The position numbers and the translations under genes are program-made. Under the pieces are notes generated by a model. It ran no database searches. It had not been told where the DNA came from and saw only the letters and a program-made list of their open reading frames with translations. Positions 61,642 to 64,000 of a DNA stretch of 64,000 nt are shown here, in pieces. Within the stretch, counting starts at the first letter, position 1. The number at the start of each line of letters is the position of its first letter. Origin of the DNA: Nageia nagi (lineage: Eukaryota > Plantae > Pinophyta); assembly GCA_050084985.1 (NCBI GenBank), contig JBITNC010000001.1:202120001-202184000 (forward strand), in the 5' to 3' direction.

Positions 61642-62890
61642 TATTTTGCTCACACAACACACCCCAAAATATGAGATTTTGGGGAACCTATTTTTGCAAA
61701 GGCAATGAGGTGCATTGCGTTTAGATTGGCTTAAGGCAAAAGATAGTTGATTCTGAAGAGTTTAAAGATGATATCAGGGAGTGATTCACAAAGTTACTTG
61801 TCGAAGACCTTGAAGAGTAGCAGAGCATCCAATCACTAGTTTTGAAGCCAAGAGGCTAGGATCAGAACAACTTCACCAGATTATGGATTTTCGGGTCTTG
61901 AATGAGATTAATTGAGATGGGACCGTTTTTCAAATTTTGCCAGAGTAAAGGATTGAATATGCCAAGCTATAAAGGGTGAAAATCCAAGTGCTTTTAGACT
62001 TTGAATTTTTGAAAACCGAGTTAAAATGGGAAATTTATGCTAGAGGAGAGTTTTGAGAGTTGGGATGTCATCAATGCATGAGGTCAAATGCCCAAGGCAA
62101 ATTGAGCAAAAATGGACTTTGGCCAATCAAAATTTTGGCCAAACAAGGTAATTAAGGGTTCAATTTCAAGCAACTTTGGGCTTCGAAATTTCATTTTTTG
62201 ATCAAGTCTTCATGCGCAAAATTCTAGGCGCAAATTTAGGAGGCTTTAGTGACATCAAAGGCAAAATTTCAGCGCCTAGCCTCCATCCATATCAAAATTC
62301 TCAAAATTTCACATCTTCATTTCGAAAATCAATTTTTGGGTATTGTGGGGGAACCAATTTTAGACATATTTAAGCTTGGTGATGTTAGATTTCAATCAAG
62401 CATGAAGAATCCACACTTAGGCGCAGATTTGAGGGTGTTTGATAACACCAAAAGGGTGAATATTAGTGCCACCTTCTAGCTATACCAAAAGATGAAAATT
62501 TTTAAGTTTCCAAATTCATTTTTGAGAATAAGGTAACATGGAGAAGGTGATTCTAAGCAATATTAAACTTTGAGATTTTCATTTTTGACCAAGTTTGACT
62601 CCCTAAAATTCTAGGCGGGGATTTGCATGCCTTTGATGACATCAAAGGGGTGAATTTTGGTGCCTACCTCCAAATGATGAAGTTGAATTTTGTGAAAATT
62701 GAAAATTTGGGCATGTGGGTGCATCAAGGGCTATATTGCGAGCATGTTTAAGCTTTGAAATTTTCATTTTTGAAAAAGTTTGAGTGCCCAAAATTCTAGG
62801 CGAGGATTTGGCATGGTTTGATGACATCAAACTCAAAAAAAACATCTAGTAGAGTAATTCATGGGTTTGGGTCAAAATTTCAAAATTCAC
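61642..62890 (+). mobile_element. 5' part of an L-related LTR
   Basis: Degraded terminus TATTTTGCTCACACAACACACCCCAAAAT; first ~250 bp resemble the reverse complement of 18620-18866; CTAGGCG sub-repeats follow. Confidence 0.7.
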
Positions 62891-64000
62891 AAGATTTCAT
62901 ATGCACATACCTAAGATACATGGTCCGTTTGGGGGGGTCCCATACCTTGTACCATACGTACTAGGTATGTGGACCAAACGTGGTATGTGTACTAGGTACA
63001 CGTTGACACATATTGGTACACGTACCAGGTGATAGCTTAAAAAACACACAATAAAATTATAAAAATACTTACCCTCTTCTATTTTATGTTGCACTCTGTC
63101 ACTTCTAACATCAAAACACTCAAAGTCACATACTATTTTCTTGTTGTTTCACTTGTAAAACCTCATGTGTAAAGGTTTATTTTGGATTTTGCATCATATT
63201 ATACTTATCATATATGGGCATCGGGAATTAATATAGAGTCTAGACATGGTTTTCCGTCTAAAATGTTATTCATGTTTATGAGTGTATCTAATATCATCCT
63301 TATTTTTTTCAAATTGCAAGTTAATATGGTATTTTAGAAAACATACACACACACATATGTCGTACCAATGTACTGGATTTTCAGCACCTAAATGTATCAC
63401 ATATCGAGTATTGGTATTTGCGTACCGCCATACCATGTGATCTAGGCACATACCCATTTGGAATTTGCATCATTTGGTTCAAAGAGCAAGCAAAATGAAC
63501 AAAAATTGCACAAGCTAGAGGTAGGCACATATTTTCAAGCTTTTGTGTCATCAAACACCAATGAAGCATGCAAAACACACCTTTGGGATGGTCAATAGAG
63601 ACTACGAAGCATGTAGAATGCACCAAAAGCACATTTGAGCACCAAAGTTGAGCACCAAAGCACATTTGGTCTAAACAATGAAAAATTTTCAAAATCCATG
63701 AGAAGACTAAAAACCTTCATTTTTCAAGAAAAAATGACAAAAGGGTGAAAATTGAGAATCATGTGTAGAATGGTGAGGAGCATGCACTTCCCTAGAATTT
63801 TTTGAAAAAAAGTGAAATTTGAGCATGATATGACTATTTGATCATTTTGGGGAGGAATTGTCCTAAAAATGGCTCCTCTAACCACTTTTGTTCGACCAAT
63901 GTGAACACATATATTTTGGCAAAAAGCATCCACACTTGCAAGAGAGGTCTTCATCATTCTTCACCAAAAAAACAAGCAAACAGGCTCAAAAACACCAAAA

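Overview
Plant nuclear DNA, probably from a large gymnosperm-type genome (inferred from very long, TE-filled introns). Four short + strand exons (12573-12641, 12922-13023, 13125-13193, 25186-25242) encode an internal part of a Tim44-domain mitochondrial protein (mL45/MRPL45-like). Almost everything else is nested, decayed retroelements inside its introns. The main discovery is a family of single TGTTG...CAACA units of about 6.0-6.6 kb with 5-bp target-site duplications (TSDs), that is, solo-LTR-shaped, each carrying one ~1170-codon ORF with no recognisable gag/pol motifs upstream of the LTR-type TATA box. There are three TSD-flanked copies, three diverged or partial ORF-bearing relatives, and an ORF-less relative (L). 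The copies whose 5' part is in the window share an 18-bp terminal hairpin and arrays of inverted GC-rich half-sites about 40 bp apart. Also present: an intact-structured chromovirus Ty3/gypsy (37123-43431), a gag/protease-lacking chromovirus (48165-53384), two ordinary ~1.2-kb solo LTRs, LINE ORF1, integrase and gag remnants, and a zone of abrupt junctions at 53-58 kb. All coordinates and counts were read by eye.
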